Virus record (IMG/VR): IMGVR_UViG_2029527005_000007
Location: 10,046-74,045 of that record
Source of the DNA: a virus
Direction: 5' to 3' (one strand)
Length of the DNA stretch: 64,000 bases
The position numbers and the translations under genes are program-made. How positions within the stretch are numbered: position 1 is the stretch's first letter; each line of letters opens with the position of its first letter. Positions 20,282-29,477 of the stretch are shown in pieces. The notes under the pieces were generated by a model. That model was not told the origin of the DNA and did not search any database. It saw only the letters and a list, made by a program, of their open reading frames with translations.

Positions 20282-20710
20282 ATGCGTAAGTCTCTCTTTA
20301 TCGGTCTGCTGTGTTCTTCTGTTTTCGTTGGTAACGTTATGGCCAAAGACCTGACGCTGTTCCAATGTAACTTTGAACAGGGCGGTAACGTAAAGGCCAC
20401 GCGTGACGCACACAACGTGAAGTTCATTATCACGACTGCGGACGGCAAGAAAGAAAAGGTAGTAAGCTCGCTTCAGGAAACTGGTGTGAGCAATGTGCCG
20501 GCTGTTGACGGTACGGTGGTTGATGGTCTGGATATCCTCGAAGGGGATACTCAGTACTCTATCAGCTACCAGCACGGTAAGATGTTAGACCGCGCACAAC
20601 TGTTGATTATGACTGACAATGAAGAGGGTGATACCTTTGATTGTGATATTAAGAAAACAGTAAACAATCTCGACGACGCCGCATCTACTGCTGGTATCTT
20701 CCGTCCGTAA
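20282..20710 (+). CDS. Exported small protein with signal peptide
   Basis: MRKSLFIGLLCSSVFVGNVMA signal peptide; mature LFQC...FDCD with two Cys. Confidence 0.75.
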   Translation: MRKSLFIGLLCSSVFVGNVMAKDLTLFQCNFEQGGNVKATRDAHNVKFIITTADGKKEKVVSSLQETGVSNVPAVDGTVVDGLDILEGDTQYSISYQHGKMLDRAQLLIMTDNEEGDTFDCDIKKTVNNLDDAASTAGIFRP

Positions 20711-20716
20711 ACAAGA

Positions 20717-20755
20717 ACACTTCTGCCTTCGGGCAGAGGTGTCTCTTTATTTATT
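20717..20755 (+). terminator. Intrinsic terminator
   Basis: ACACTTCTGCC-TTCG-GGCAGAGGTGT plus T-rich tail. Confidence 0.8.
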
Positions 20756-20806
20756 TTTTGTTGCAATACCCATTTATTACTAAGTGCCGCCAAAAATATT
20801 TCACAC

Positions 20807-20824
20807 CTATATTACTTAACTGAA
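20807..20824 (+). promoter_or_regulatory. Putative early promoter
   Basis: CTATATTACTTAACTGAA. Confidence 0.6.
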
Positions 20825-20899
20825 ACAAGAACCCCAGTTCGAGGAGATGCATATGCTACTCCTTTCTTTAGTCCTTACTCAACGATAGGAAAATAAACG

Positions 20900-21346
20900 A
20901 TGTCTTCAATTGTAAACTTCGACGAAATGATGGAAGCCGGTATCACTAATCTGCTGGACACCGCAGAGGTTTCTGACGTTTCTGCTCACGCTACTTTTAA
21001 CCTGCCGGCGGAACTCTTCCCGGAAAACATCACACCGGCTACGCTGAAAGAGCACGTTGATTTTATCAACAACACCACGGCGCAGGTAAACGCAGCCACT
21101 GCTCAGCTCGGTCGCCAGGCTTATGAAGCCAACAACGACATCACCAACTTCGACGGCACGCTGAACCTGGGCGACGCAGTAACGATCAATGCTCAGCACA
21201 TCATGAGCCAGGATCTGGGTGATAGCCAGCTGTACGGCCAGACCACCGTCGCTGCTGACTTCGTTTTCTCTACTGAGCTGAACGAGTGGCAGGATCAGAT
21301 GCAAGTTTCCAATGCGGAACTCGCAGCAAAATATTTCGGCGGTTAA
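20900..21346 (+). CDS. Acidic hypothetical protein, likely highly expressed
   Basis: 148 aa, AGGA RBS, strong codon bias, has its own promoter and terminator. Confidence 0.75.
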   Translation: MSSIVNFDEMMEAGITNLLDTAEVSDVSAHATFNLPAELFPENITPATLKEHVDFINNTTAQVNAATAQLGRQAYEANNDITNFDGTLNLGDAVTINAQHIMSQDLGDSQLYGQTTVAADFVFSTELNEWQDQMQVSNAELAAKYFGG

Positions 21347-21361
21347 TCTAACCTGAAACAG

Positions 21362-21390
21362 ATAAGGTGGCTTCGGCCACCTTATTTGCG
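21362..21390 (+). terminator. Intrinsic terminator
   Basis: ATAAGGTGGC-TTCG-GCCACCTTAT followed by Ts. Confidence 0.75.
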
Positions 21391-21436
21391 GGTATTTATT
21401 TTTTCGTTTATATTTAGAATACATTTCATCTTAGAC

Positions 21437-21454
21437 CTATATTACCTAAGTAGA
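21437..21454 (+). promoter_or_regulatory. Putative early promoter
   Basis: CTATATTACCTAAGTAGA. Confidence 0.55.
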
Positions 21455-21491
21455 TAAAGCGGTATATTTTCTACTTAATTAAGGGGTTTAT

Positions 21492-21977
21492 ATGTTAGAA
21501 GTTAAAGATCAAGCTCTGCTGGAAAACGACGTTTTGGATATCAGCATTCTGCCTGAAGAAAATGAACCAGGGCATTACGATGTGCTGATTGAAATGAAAA
21601 ATGCCTACGTGATGTATAACACACTGACGCAGTGCATCTTCCTCATTTACAAAGCGATGTATGAAGGCGACACCAGAACTGATCTGGTTATGGAACTGCG
21701 TTATGGAAAGGGATTAGCTTTCGATTCCGATAACAACTATCGCGGTTTCACCTTTGTTATTCAACCGAGTGTATTTACTCGCATGCGCAATGACCTGCTT
21801 ACCTCGCTGGTTTCATGCGCTGTTCGTCATTATGATCAAGAAGTGGGTTTGCCGGAAGAGTTTAAAAAGCACGCTGGTGAATTTCCTTTTGTTGATCTCC
21901 TGGAAGAGCAGGCATTAGTCGTTACCGAACCTACCAATCACGACGTTGTTTTTGCTGCTCCACGTTTTACTCGTTAA
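21492..21977 (+). CDS. Hypothetical protein
   Basis: 161-aa ORF with AAGGGG RBS. Confidence 0.7.
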   Translation: MLEVKDQALLENDVLDISILPEENEPGHYDVLIEMKNAYVMYNTLTQCIFLIYKAMYEGDTRTDLVMELRYGKGLAFDSDNNYRGFTFVIQPSVFTRMRNDLLTSLVSCAVRHYDQEVGLPEEFKKHAGEFPFVDLLEEQALVVTEPTNHDVVFAAPRFTR

Positions 21978-21991
21978 TAAGGATAATAATC

Positions 21992-22516
21992 ATGACTCAC
22001 GATAATCTGATGAATGTAGTGTTAGCTGCAGTCTACGCCGTACTGATCGCATTAGTGATCTACAAGCTCACCTGGAAACCGTTGAGCATCACTGTTGAAC
22101 ATTTCCCTACCTTTGTTCGACTGACCTACCAACACGGTTGGAAAACTCGTCGCGCTCAAGTTGCTGTTTCTGAGCGTGTGCACGCACCAACCATTAGTAA
22201 AAACTTCACCCACTTCACCTTCGTATTACCCATGACCATGAAATATGGTGATGCGATGCGCTGGCTGGAGAAAGTGGAAATTAGTGATATGTATGCAGAC
22301 CACGGTCGTGACGCAATTGAACTGTTGCGCGCTATGGCTCTGTATTACTACACTCGCGACTTGGAGAAGTTCAAGCAGTTTGCTCCACGTTGCAACCATA
22401 TGCGTGTTCTGAAAGCAATTCGTAAGAACCGTCATATGTTGAGGACGCTTTTGAAAAATGTAGCGAAGCCTGAGATGTCAGGTGTTCCTATTAAAGCTGC
22501 GCTGGTGCGTCGCTAA
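21992..22516 (+). CDS. Hypothetical protein with N-terminal membrane anchor
   Basis: AAGGA RBS; hydrophobic LMNVVLAAVYAVLIALVIY. Confidence 0.7.
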   Translation: MTHDNLMNVVLAAVYAVLIALVIYKLTWKPLSITVEHFPTFVRLTYQHGWKTRRAQVAVSERVHAPTISKNFTHFTFVLPMTMKYGDAMRWLEKVEISDMYADHGRDAIELLRAMALYYYTRDLEKFKQFAPRCNHMRVLKAIRKNRHMLRTLLKNVAKPEMSGVPIKAALVRR

Positions 22517-22589
22517 TTGAAAGGTTCTGGGGCTCACCTAAGGAAACTTGGGTGAGCGTATCTTTTGGTAAATCACACAGGAGGTTGCT

Positions 22590-22664
22590 ATGACTATAGC
22601 AATGATCATCGGTGGTGTTGTGGTCGCTAAGACTGTTCACCACTTCATCGAAAAATATCTTTAA
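22590..22664 (+). CDS. 24-aa hydrophobic peptide
   Basis: AGGAGG RBS 5 nt before ATG; MTIAMIIGGVVVAKTVHHFIEKYL. Confidence 0.45.
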   Translation: MTIAMIIGGVVVAKTVHHFIEKYL

Positions 22665-22723
22665 TCCATCATTGGAGTAAGAAAAGTGACTACTCAATGT
22701 TTTAATACATTTGGTCAACATAA

Positions 22724-22757
22724 ATAACTCTACTACCCTCACGGGTAGTAGAGTTAT
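22724..22757. terminator. Bidirectional terminator between convergent genes
   Basis: ATAACTCTACTACCC-TCAC-GGGTAGTAGAGTTAT, with A/T runs on both sides. Confidence 0.8.
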
Positions 22758-22776
22758 ATTATTTATTTTTTTTGTC

Positions 22777-23676
22777 TTACGCGATGTAGTTAGGAGCAAC
22801 TACTTTACGAGACTCGGTCTGCATGTGCTCGATTACACCAGAATCTTTGATAGACTCCAGGATAGCCGTACGCTGCATGAACGCAGAAGGCGCCTGTACT
22901 GAACCTGGGTTGTACCAGCTCAGACGAGACAGCATCTTACGCGCGATTTCACGAACGGCGTAGGTGTTGGATTCCACCAGGCCACGGAACGGCATGCTGA
23001 TGTTACGCATTTGGCCCGCTTCGTTCTTGTCACGACGCATTTCGATTGCGATCTTGGTTTCCGGCATCATTCCCACGATCAACTGTGCAGAAGAGATGTC
23101 TTTACCATTACGCGTGGTATCGAAGTAGATGCAGCTTGCACCGATGTCATCCAGCAGGAGATCACCCGGATCACGCAGGATAACGGCGTTCGGCATGCCG
23201 GTGTCTGGGTTGATCATACCCCAGTTGCCCCAGGCTTCGAACATGTAACGGAACGGTTCACCTTCGAGATCGTAGGTGTCGTGCGTTACCTGACCGAGAG
23301 TACGCGTTGCGCCAGACGGGAAGCTCAGACGGTGACCTGTCCAAGTAACGTCGGCGAATTCGAACTCAGTACGGTCGCTCAGACCTTCGAACTTCAGTGA
23401 GCGGTTCTCGAAGAAAGACTTACACATGGAGTGCAAGCGGTTTCCGCCGGGAAGACGACTGAAGATGTTCGGCGTAGACAGCACGATACACCAGCTCTGC
23501 TGCTGAATGTGCGGCTGCACATTCAGGTAGTCGAACACGTTGTGTGTCCAGCCACTGATGTCGCCAATGCCCGGGTTGATTACCGGGCGGTTCTGCAGAC
23601 CCATCGCCTGAACAAACGGATCGCTCTTACCAAGCAGCGTCTCGTTCTTGCGATGGATGTAGTTAGAATCTGCCAT
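22777..23676 (-). CDS. Tail tube protein (phiKZ gp30-like)
   Basis: 299 aa directly downstream of the sheath; YLNVQPHIQQQSWCIVLSTP, FFENRS. Confidence 0.75.
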   Translation of the reverse strand: MADSNYIHRKNETLLGKSDPFVQAMGLQNRPVINPGIGDISGWTHNVFDYLNVQPHIQQQSWCIVLSTPNIFSRLPGGNRLHSMCKSFFENRSLKFEGLSDRTEFEFADVTWTGHRLSFPSGATRTLGQVTHDTYDLEGEPFRYMFEAWGNWGMINPDTGMPNAVILRDPGDLLLDDIGASCIYFDTTRNGKDISSAQLIVGMMPETKIAIEMRRDKNEAGQMRNISMPFRGLVESNTYAVREIARKMLSRLSWYNPGSVQAPSAFMQRTAILESIKDSGVIEHMQTESRKVVAPNYIA

Positions 23677-23694
23677 AACAGTTTCCCTTTATCC

Positions 23695-25836
23695 TTATGC
23701 CGCGTCGGCGGTGTAGTTGGTAACGTTATCCGCGAACAGATCGAACTCCATCATGTACTTGGCTTTGTTGAAGTAGCAGTACGCCACTACTTTCATCACA
23801 GCTTCGCCACCCTGGACGTTCTCAACCGGCTGAACCACAACGTTACACTTCACGTAACCACCGAGGTTGTCACGGACATCACGTTCGATGGCATCTTTAA
23901 CCAGCGCGGCGTAGTTCTCTTCGCTGAGAGTGGTGTCACTGCACACCAGACCCCACTTGCTCTGTGCGATCTTCTCAATGGCGATACAGATCACAACAGG
24001 CACCTGATCTTTGATCACTGAGTCGATAGACGTTGCATAGCCGGTCGGCAGCGCAGGACGGAAGAAACGACCGCTGTCGTACGGACGCAGTGTGATCGCA
24101 CCCATGTCCAGACCGTTCGCAGAGATGAGGTCATCTTCGAACTCGATGTTCGGCGAGTGCATGGTATCCAGGATACGATAATCACCGTGGTCCGGAGACA
24201 TAGACACTTTGAAGATGCCTTCTGCGTTACCGCCAGCCTGAGCCCACTTGTGAGCGAGGTCCAGGTTACCAGACATCGGCCAGTCGTTGTCTTCGCTGTT
24301 CGGGATCGCTTCGATCTTGTTCACAGAGAAGCGGCAAGACGCGGTGCCCCATTTCTCAGACTCTGGGAAGAGACGAGCAATGGAAGTGATCTGCGTAACG
24401 CGGGAATAGATATCCGCGACTTCGTTGTAACCACCCGGCGTCCAGACAGAGCCGCAGAAACCGATATAGACGTCTTTACGAACGCCCAGCAGTTCTGCTG
24501 CTTTCTCTTTAACTTCCATGGAATAACCAACATCCCACCAGAAGCTCTGACGGTTGATCATCACGTTCTGCTGTTCAGAAGACGCGATGTAAGCGGTCAG
24601 GTCAGCCAGAGTCAGCTTGTCGTTGATTTCCCACGCCTGCGCCTGGGTCATCGGCATTTCAACATTCGCCAGCAGACCGAACGGATCTTTAACCGCAGGA
24701 ACGGTTACGTAATCCGGCATTTTGCCTTCGTCGGTCAGGAACGGGGAGATACCGAACTGCGCCTGAATGGCATAGCTCATGTCCCACTTCACAACCACGT
24801 CGGTTTCAGAACCATAGTACGGAACGCCGGTGTGGTCTACGCAGGTGAACGGGTTCATCTGACGGTAGGAGTATGCGCCGGTATCCAGCAGGTTGGTGTT
24901 CAGCGGTTTTTCCACGGCATACATCATCTGGCAAAGCAGATCAATGTTTTCCTGGTAAACGATCGGCTCTTTGAACGGCGTAGGACGCAGCTCGTCAGTA
25001 CCGCTGGTGATACGACCGGTGAAGTTCTGCACGGCACGTTTCAACGAGTACTTGGTATCGTTGTATTCAGTGTCGAACAGCGTCAGCTGGGAAGTATCGC
25101 CGCCGTTAACGGTGTTGGCGTAAACGCGGATACCGTCATCAGTGGTTTCGAACATGCGCAGGTTGAACGGATACACACCTGTCGCAGAAACGAATTTGGC
25201 AGTGTTCTGCATGCTCAGGTTAGAACCGAACACACCGAAGTTGATGCCGTTTTTGTTGTAGGCATCGCCGATACCAGCCGGCAGTTCGAACAGCGGCAGC
25301 ACGTGGGTATCCGGATCTGCTTCAGTCGCACCGTCAATTGTGCGGGTCTGCAGTTCGCCCGGGTTTTTGCCTTTTGCTGTGTCATCGATTTTGATCGAGA
25401 TGTACAGCTTTTCAATGGTACCCGTCGGGATACGGTTGCCGTCTTTATCCAGCTTATACTGACCGGTGGCATCACGCTCATAGGTCGGCATGCTTTTCTT
25501 CTGCACGTAGGCAGAGAGCGGGATACGGGAAACCTGGGTGTTGGCCGTCAGACGACGAATACCTGCACGACCCTGACCACCCAGCGTGAGCTGTTTAATC
25601 AGAACGGCGTTCGGGTTGTAGTACAGCGAGTTGTCACGGAACACGTTGCCGTAACGGGCGGTGAACTGAGACAGGGGCATGAACTGGGTACCTAATTCAC
25701 CCTTCGGAAGAACCATGTGGATCACCGGAAGATGAATCGGGGTTGATGGAGCAACGGGCTGATAATCAGGAATACTGATATCACGAATGCCGTTGTTCAA
25801 CACCTTACCCGGTACGACAGAAGTAGTCGTAGTCAT
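23695..25836 (-). CDS. Contractile tail sheath protein (phiKZ gp29-like)
   Basis: 713 aa; N-terminal NNGIRDIS...PIHLP, FWWDVGYSMEVK; C-terminal MEFDLFA; strong codon bias. Confidence 0.85.
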   Translation of the reverse strand: MTTTTSVVPGKVLNNGIRDISIPDYQPVAPSTPIHLPVIHMVLPKGELGTQFMPLSQFTARYGNVFRDNSLYYNPNAVLIKQLTLGGQGRAGIRRLTANTQVSRIPLSAYVQKKSMPTYERDATGQYKLDKDGNRIPTGTIEKLYISIKIDDTAKGKNPGELQTRTIDGATEADPDTHVLPLFELPAGIGDAYNKNGINFGVFGSNLSMQNTAKFVSATGVYPFNLRMFETTDDGIRVYANTVNGGDTSQLTLFDTEYNDTKYSLKRAVQNFTGRITSGTDELRPTPFKEPIVYQENIDLLCQMMYAVEKPLNTNLLDTGAYSYRQMNPFTCVDHTGVPYYGSETDVVVKWDMSYAIQAQFGISPFLTDEGKMPDYVTVPAVKDPFGLLANVEMPMTQAQAWEINDKLTLADLTAYIASSEQQNVMINRQSFWWDVGYSMEVKEKAAELLGVRKDVYIGFCGSVWTPGGYNEVADIYSRVTQITSIARLFPESEKWGTASCRFSVNKIEAIPNSEDNDWPMSGNLDLAHKWAQAGGNAEGIFKVSMSPDHGDYRILDTMHSPNIEFEDDLISANGLDMGAITLRPYDSGRFFRPALPTGYATSIDSVIKDQVPVVICIAIEKIAQSKWGLVCSDTTLSEENYAALVKDAIERDVRDNLGGYVKCNVVVQPVENVQGGEAVMKVVAYCYFNKAKYMMEFDLFADNVTNYTADAA

Positions 25837-25971
25837 CGATTTTACCTCATAAGGATTTTTTGATCAAAAAATACGCGTCGACGTTTACCAGAAAACAATC
25901 GTATGTAATAGCTTATAGACCTTACACTTGTGTTATTTCATGGCACATAACATTCTATTTAGGAGTCTCTC

Positions 25972-26856
25972 ATGCTTATCAACGGTTATGATACCCTGGT
26001 AGGGAAACCGTTAAAAATCCAGGAGAACATCGGGGAAACGATTAAGATGTTGGCACTCCGCCAGGATCTTATCCCTACCACGAAGGCCGGTGTGTTTACG
26101 ATTAATACCAGCAACGGTATGAATCTCCCTATCTTTCCTCTTCCTATCACTTTGACGGGCTACGACAAAAGCAACATCACCGTTTATGATGAACGTCCTT
26201 TCCGTGATAAAAACAACAAGGTTAACAGTGAAAGCGAATTGAACATCATTCGTTTGACTGCCTATGCGCAACAAGACGCCATTGAAGGCAACCACTCTAT
26301 TCTGGTGTCAAGCAAGTTCATCTGCATGAAAGCCGTAGCGGGTGGGTTGGCTGACAAACTGGGCTTTAATAAAGGCCTGGATATGGAAGAGCGTCAGACG
26401 TTGCAAATTCTGCTGGGTCACTACATCAACTGTTTGTTTGAGGGTGATACTGCGGAGACAGGTTATATCAGTGCAAACGCCATTAAGTCAGTGTTCCGTA
26501 TTGATAACAACTTCAGTCAGCGCATCATTGATGACATTGGTTTCCTGCACGACACTGCCGCAGTAGTCAATGCGATTAAAACCGAACCTTCTTTATTTAA
26601 GCTTAAAAACTTAACCCTCATGGAATTCATTGCCGTGGGGTCGACGTTGAGCTTTATCGGTGCCGGTAAGCGTGTCGTGGGTGTGATGTTGGAGAGTCCG
26701 TTCCTGATGATCGGTTTTGTTTATGCTGCCTGTACTCACAAGCTGTATTCGAAAACCCCTATCGGAACTCAACTTGATCCGAAATACAACCGTGATCTAG
26801 TTGATGGGTTTGTTCGCACGATCTCCTACAACTACGATCTGTCTCGCGTGAATTAA
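25972..26856 (+). CDS. Virion structural protein (gp28-like)
   Basis: 294 aa, divergent from the sheath, first of the gp28-27-26-terminase block. Confidence 0.6.
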   Translation: MLINGYDTLVGKPLKIQENIGETIKMLALRQDLIPTTKAGVFTINTSNGMNLPIFPLPITLTGYDKSNITVYDERPFRDKNNKVNSESELNIIRLTAYAQQDAIEGNHSILVSSKFICMKAVAGGLADKLGFNKGLDMEERQTLQILLGHYINCLFEGDTAETGYISANAIKSVFRIDNNFSQRIIDDIGFLHDTAAVVNAIKTEPSLFKLKNLTLMEFIAVGSTLSFIGAGKRVVGVMLESPFLMIGFVYAACTHKLYSKTPIGTQLDPKYNRDLVDGFVRTISYNYDLSRVN

Positions 26857-26866
26857 GGTAACAGCC

Positions 26867-27499
26867 ATGGCACAAACAACTGCTTTGGGCTCTACGGCGT
26901 TTAACCCTGCCATGGACTATGCAGTGCGTGCGTTGTGGTCTAACCCTGAAAATGACAAGCAGTTTCAGGTTAAGATCTGGCGCGTCACGCCTGACATCGG
27001 AGCTATCAACAGCTTTGGTTACATGGGTTCGCACCGTAAGACCCCGCTGGTAAACAAACGTTTCCATATCTACTCTGTAGCCGGTACGCATCCTGGCATG
27101 TGGAACTTGGGAGCGCGTTTTAAAACGGCTAATCCGTTTAACGTCTGGACCAACGCGTCGGTGATCTCTAAACGACGTGGTGTGCAACTTGACTTTTATA
27201 CGGGTCTGGGCAAGCAATTCCCGCGCACAAAAACCTGGGTGATGTTCACGCAGGATGGCTTGGTGCTGATTGCATTTGAACAGCTGAAGTCTTTTCCTAT
27301 CACGGTTAACGATGACATGCACTTCCGCTGCTACAGTACGGATCTGGATATTACCAAATCCACTGAGGCCATGGATGACAAAGGCAACCCCTACGTCATG
27401 GAAAGCATGTCTTACGAAAACACCACGGAATACGGTCGCTTTAAGCTGCGCTATTCGGCAGTAAAAGGCACGGGCCGGATTTACAGGTGTGTTTGTTAA
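26867..27499 (+). CDS. Virion protein (gp27-like), N-terminal fragment of a frameshifted gene
   Basis: AVRALWSNPENDKQF; terminates just after the +1-frame ORF opens. Confidence 0.6.
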   Translation: MAQTTALGSTAFNPAMDYAVRALWSNPENDKQFQVKIWRVTPDIGAINSFGYMGSHRKTPLVNKRFHIYSVAGTHPGMWNLGARFKTANPFNVWTNASVISKRRGVQLDFYTGLGKQFPRTKTWVMFTQDGLVLIAFEQLKSFPITVNDDMHFRCYSTDLDITKSTEAMDDKGNPYVMESMSYENTTEYGRFKLRYSAVKGTGRIYRCVC

Positions 27500-29477
27500 C
27501 GGCATCTACCGTAAACAGTTCCCTGAAGTCAGCGAGCTGGCGGTTGGTGATATGGTGGAGTTCTGGCACGATCCCACGGTTGAGCGCGTGTTGTATTACA
27601 ACTATGCTGACCTGAAAGATTACTACTCCGACTTGGACAAGCAGCGTAAGTTTATTCTGCATCCACCCAAAGACGGTGACTTCCAGATTCGCTGGTTTGA
27701 TGACAACGACTACTATTTCGTCGATGGCAGTGGCAACGGGGTTTATTATCACCGCAATGCCGAAAGTGCCTGTCGCCAATTAACACATGCTGATGTCGCG
27801 ATTAGCGTGAGTCAGCTGAAAGGTCACATGGAAGCACTGGCGAGTTTGCGTGATATCAGTACAGCGCGCATCATGGTGCTGCAGCGCAAGACCAACTGGG
27901 CCCTGCAGTTGCCGTGGGAACATCAGCGCATCCATCACCTCTATCGTCTCTCTGATGCCAACATCATGAAAGCGTTTACCGGCGAACGTTCAGTTATGCC
28001 TGAGTGGGCGGCGCCCGCGTTAGAGAACGGCCCGGTAATGTCGTTTATGCGCAGTCAGTGGGGACAGATCACGGCAGAAAGCGTTAACCTGGCTTTGGGT
28101 TATAATGCTGAAACGCTGGCGATAAGTGCCACACCAATTTCTGCCGCTTATGACGCTGACACCAAAGGCGTTCCGATTCCGCCTACGTATCAGGAAACGT
28201 CCACGGTCTGGGAGTACGATGCAGAGGGCAAGCTGTTGGGTTACTACTGGCGTACCGGGTCCACGCACCTGATTCCCAAATACCCGACGTGTGCCAAGCT
28301 GGAATTTACTTATGGTAAACCGGCTCGTTCATTGAACTACCTGATCACCAACCAAAACGTCACGTTGCCGACCAAGGGTGAATTCCACGTTTACTCATCG
28401 GCGTACAGTTTCGTGAACGCCAAGATCACGGGCCCGTTGACGCTTCGTACCGGTACTGACTTCTATCATTTAGAGGGCAACCAGCTGGTATGGGATAAGT
28501 TGGATAAAGTCAACCAGCGTGCCATTGTGGTGTATGACGACCAGTTCCTGTGTCATGAGTTCCAGTTAGATCATCTGGATCACTCGCTGTGCTTTAGCAT
28601 CGATGATCTGTATGAAAACGTGCTGGGCAATCTCCCGCTGAACTTTGCACAGATTGACGTGTGGTTGAATGATCATCCGCTGATTGATGAAGTGGATTGG
28701 TTGTTCCGCGATCGTCGCTTCTTTATCAACAACCAACAGTTCCTGGTTGATGGTCCGCAAAAGATCACAGTGCGCTGCGTAGGTCAACACGCCGACATGA
28801 CCAAACCCAAGCAGGAGTTAGAGCTGGGGTATGTGGAAGGGGGAGTGATTGGCAATCAGGCTCGCTACAACATCCGTGAAGACCGCGCAACCCGTATTGT
28901 GGTGGGCGGGAAACTCATGCTGTTGAGTGAGTTAAAGACCGCTGAGACGGACACGCCGGATACCTACGACAATCCGCTTAATGGTTTGCCGTATATGGTG
29001 AAACACACCTACACACCGGTGAAGAACGTCAAGGACTTTGATTTCCACTATCTGTATCAGCGCAGTCGTGACACCGATAAACGGGTGATCGATTACCTGA
29101 CGCAGTATGCTGAAAAGCCCACGATCTCGGTGGACTACAACATGCCGGAAAAATGGTTGTTGTACAGTCCGTTTATGAACGTGGTCGCCAATGCCATTAA
29201 TAATGGTGTGTTGGTGGTGCCAGAGAAACCCGCTGATGAAGAGTTCTACAGTAATCAGGTGGTGAGCGATCTGGTGGAGATCTACAAATGGTGGTTGCCG
29301 TATGACCCGATCGTGTTGAAATATGATCAGCGTTATTTCGGTATTCTGCCGTATGCCAATCAGGAAACCCTGGTCGTGAAGAGCAATGAGTTCACGTTCC
29401 TTAAACAAGTCAATGACCTTTACTTGCACGGCGTGCTGAGCATTGAGGGTTATTTCGAGGTGAGTCACAATGTTTGA
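27489..29477 (+). CDS. Virion protein (gp27-like), C-terminal fragment
   Basis: Frame open from 27465 (KARAGFTGVFVNG); GTG start has no clear RBS; with the upstream ORF it gives about 870 aa. Confidence 0.65.
   Translation: MFVNGIYRKQFPEVSELAVGDMVEFWHDPTVERVLYYNYADLKDYYSDLDKQRKFILHPPKDGDFQIRWFDDNDYYFVDGSGNGVYYHRNAESACRQLTHADVAISVSQLKGHMEALASLRDISTARIMVLQRKTNWALQLPWEHQRIHHLYRLSDANIMKAFTGERSVMPEWAAPALENGPVMSFMRSQWGQITAESVNLALGYNAETLAISATPISAAYDADTKGVPIPPTYQETSTVWEYDAEGKLLGYYWRTGSTHLIPKYPTCAKLEFTYGKPARSLNYLITNQNVTLPTKGEFHVYSSAYSFVNAKITGPLTLRTGTDFYHLEGNQLVWDKLDKVNQRAIVVYDDQFLCHEFQLDHLDHSLCFSIDDLYENVLGNLPLNFAQIDVWLNDHPLIDEVDWLFRDRRFFINNQQFLVDGPQKITVRCVGQHADMTKPKQELELGYVEGGVIGNQARYNIREDRATRIVVGGKLMLLSELKTAETDTPDTYDNPLNGLPYMVKHTYTPVKNVKDFDFHYLYQRSRDTDKRVIDYLTQYAEKPTISVDYNMPEKWLLYSPFMNVVANAINNGVLVVPEKPADEEFYSNQVVSDLVEIYKWWLPYDPIVLKYDQRYFGILPYANQETLVVKSNEFTFLKQVNDLYLHGVLSIEGYFEVSHNV

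Noticed and set aside
24157-25695. 512-aa plus-strand ORF antisense to the tail sheath
   Set aside because: Shadow ORF caused by strong codon bias of the sheath; no RBS and an unnatural composition
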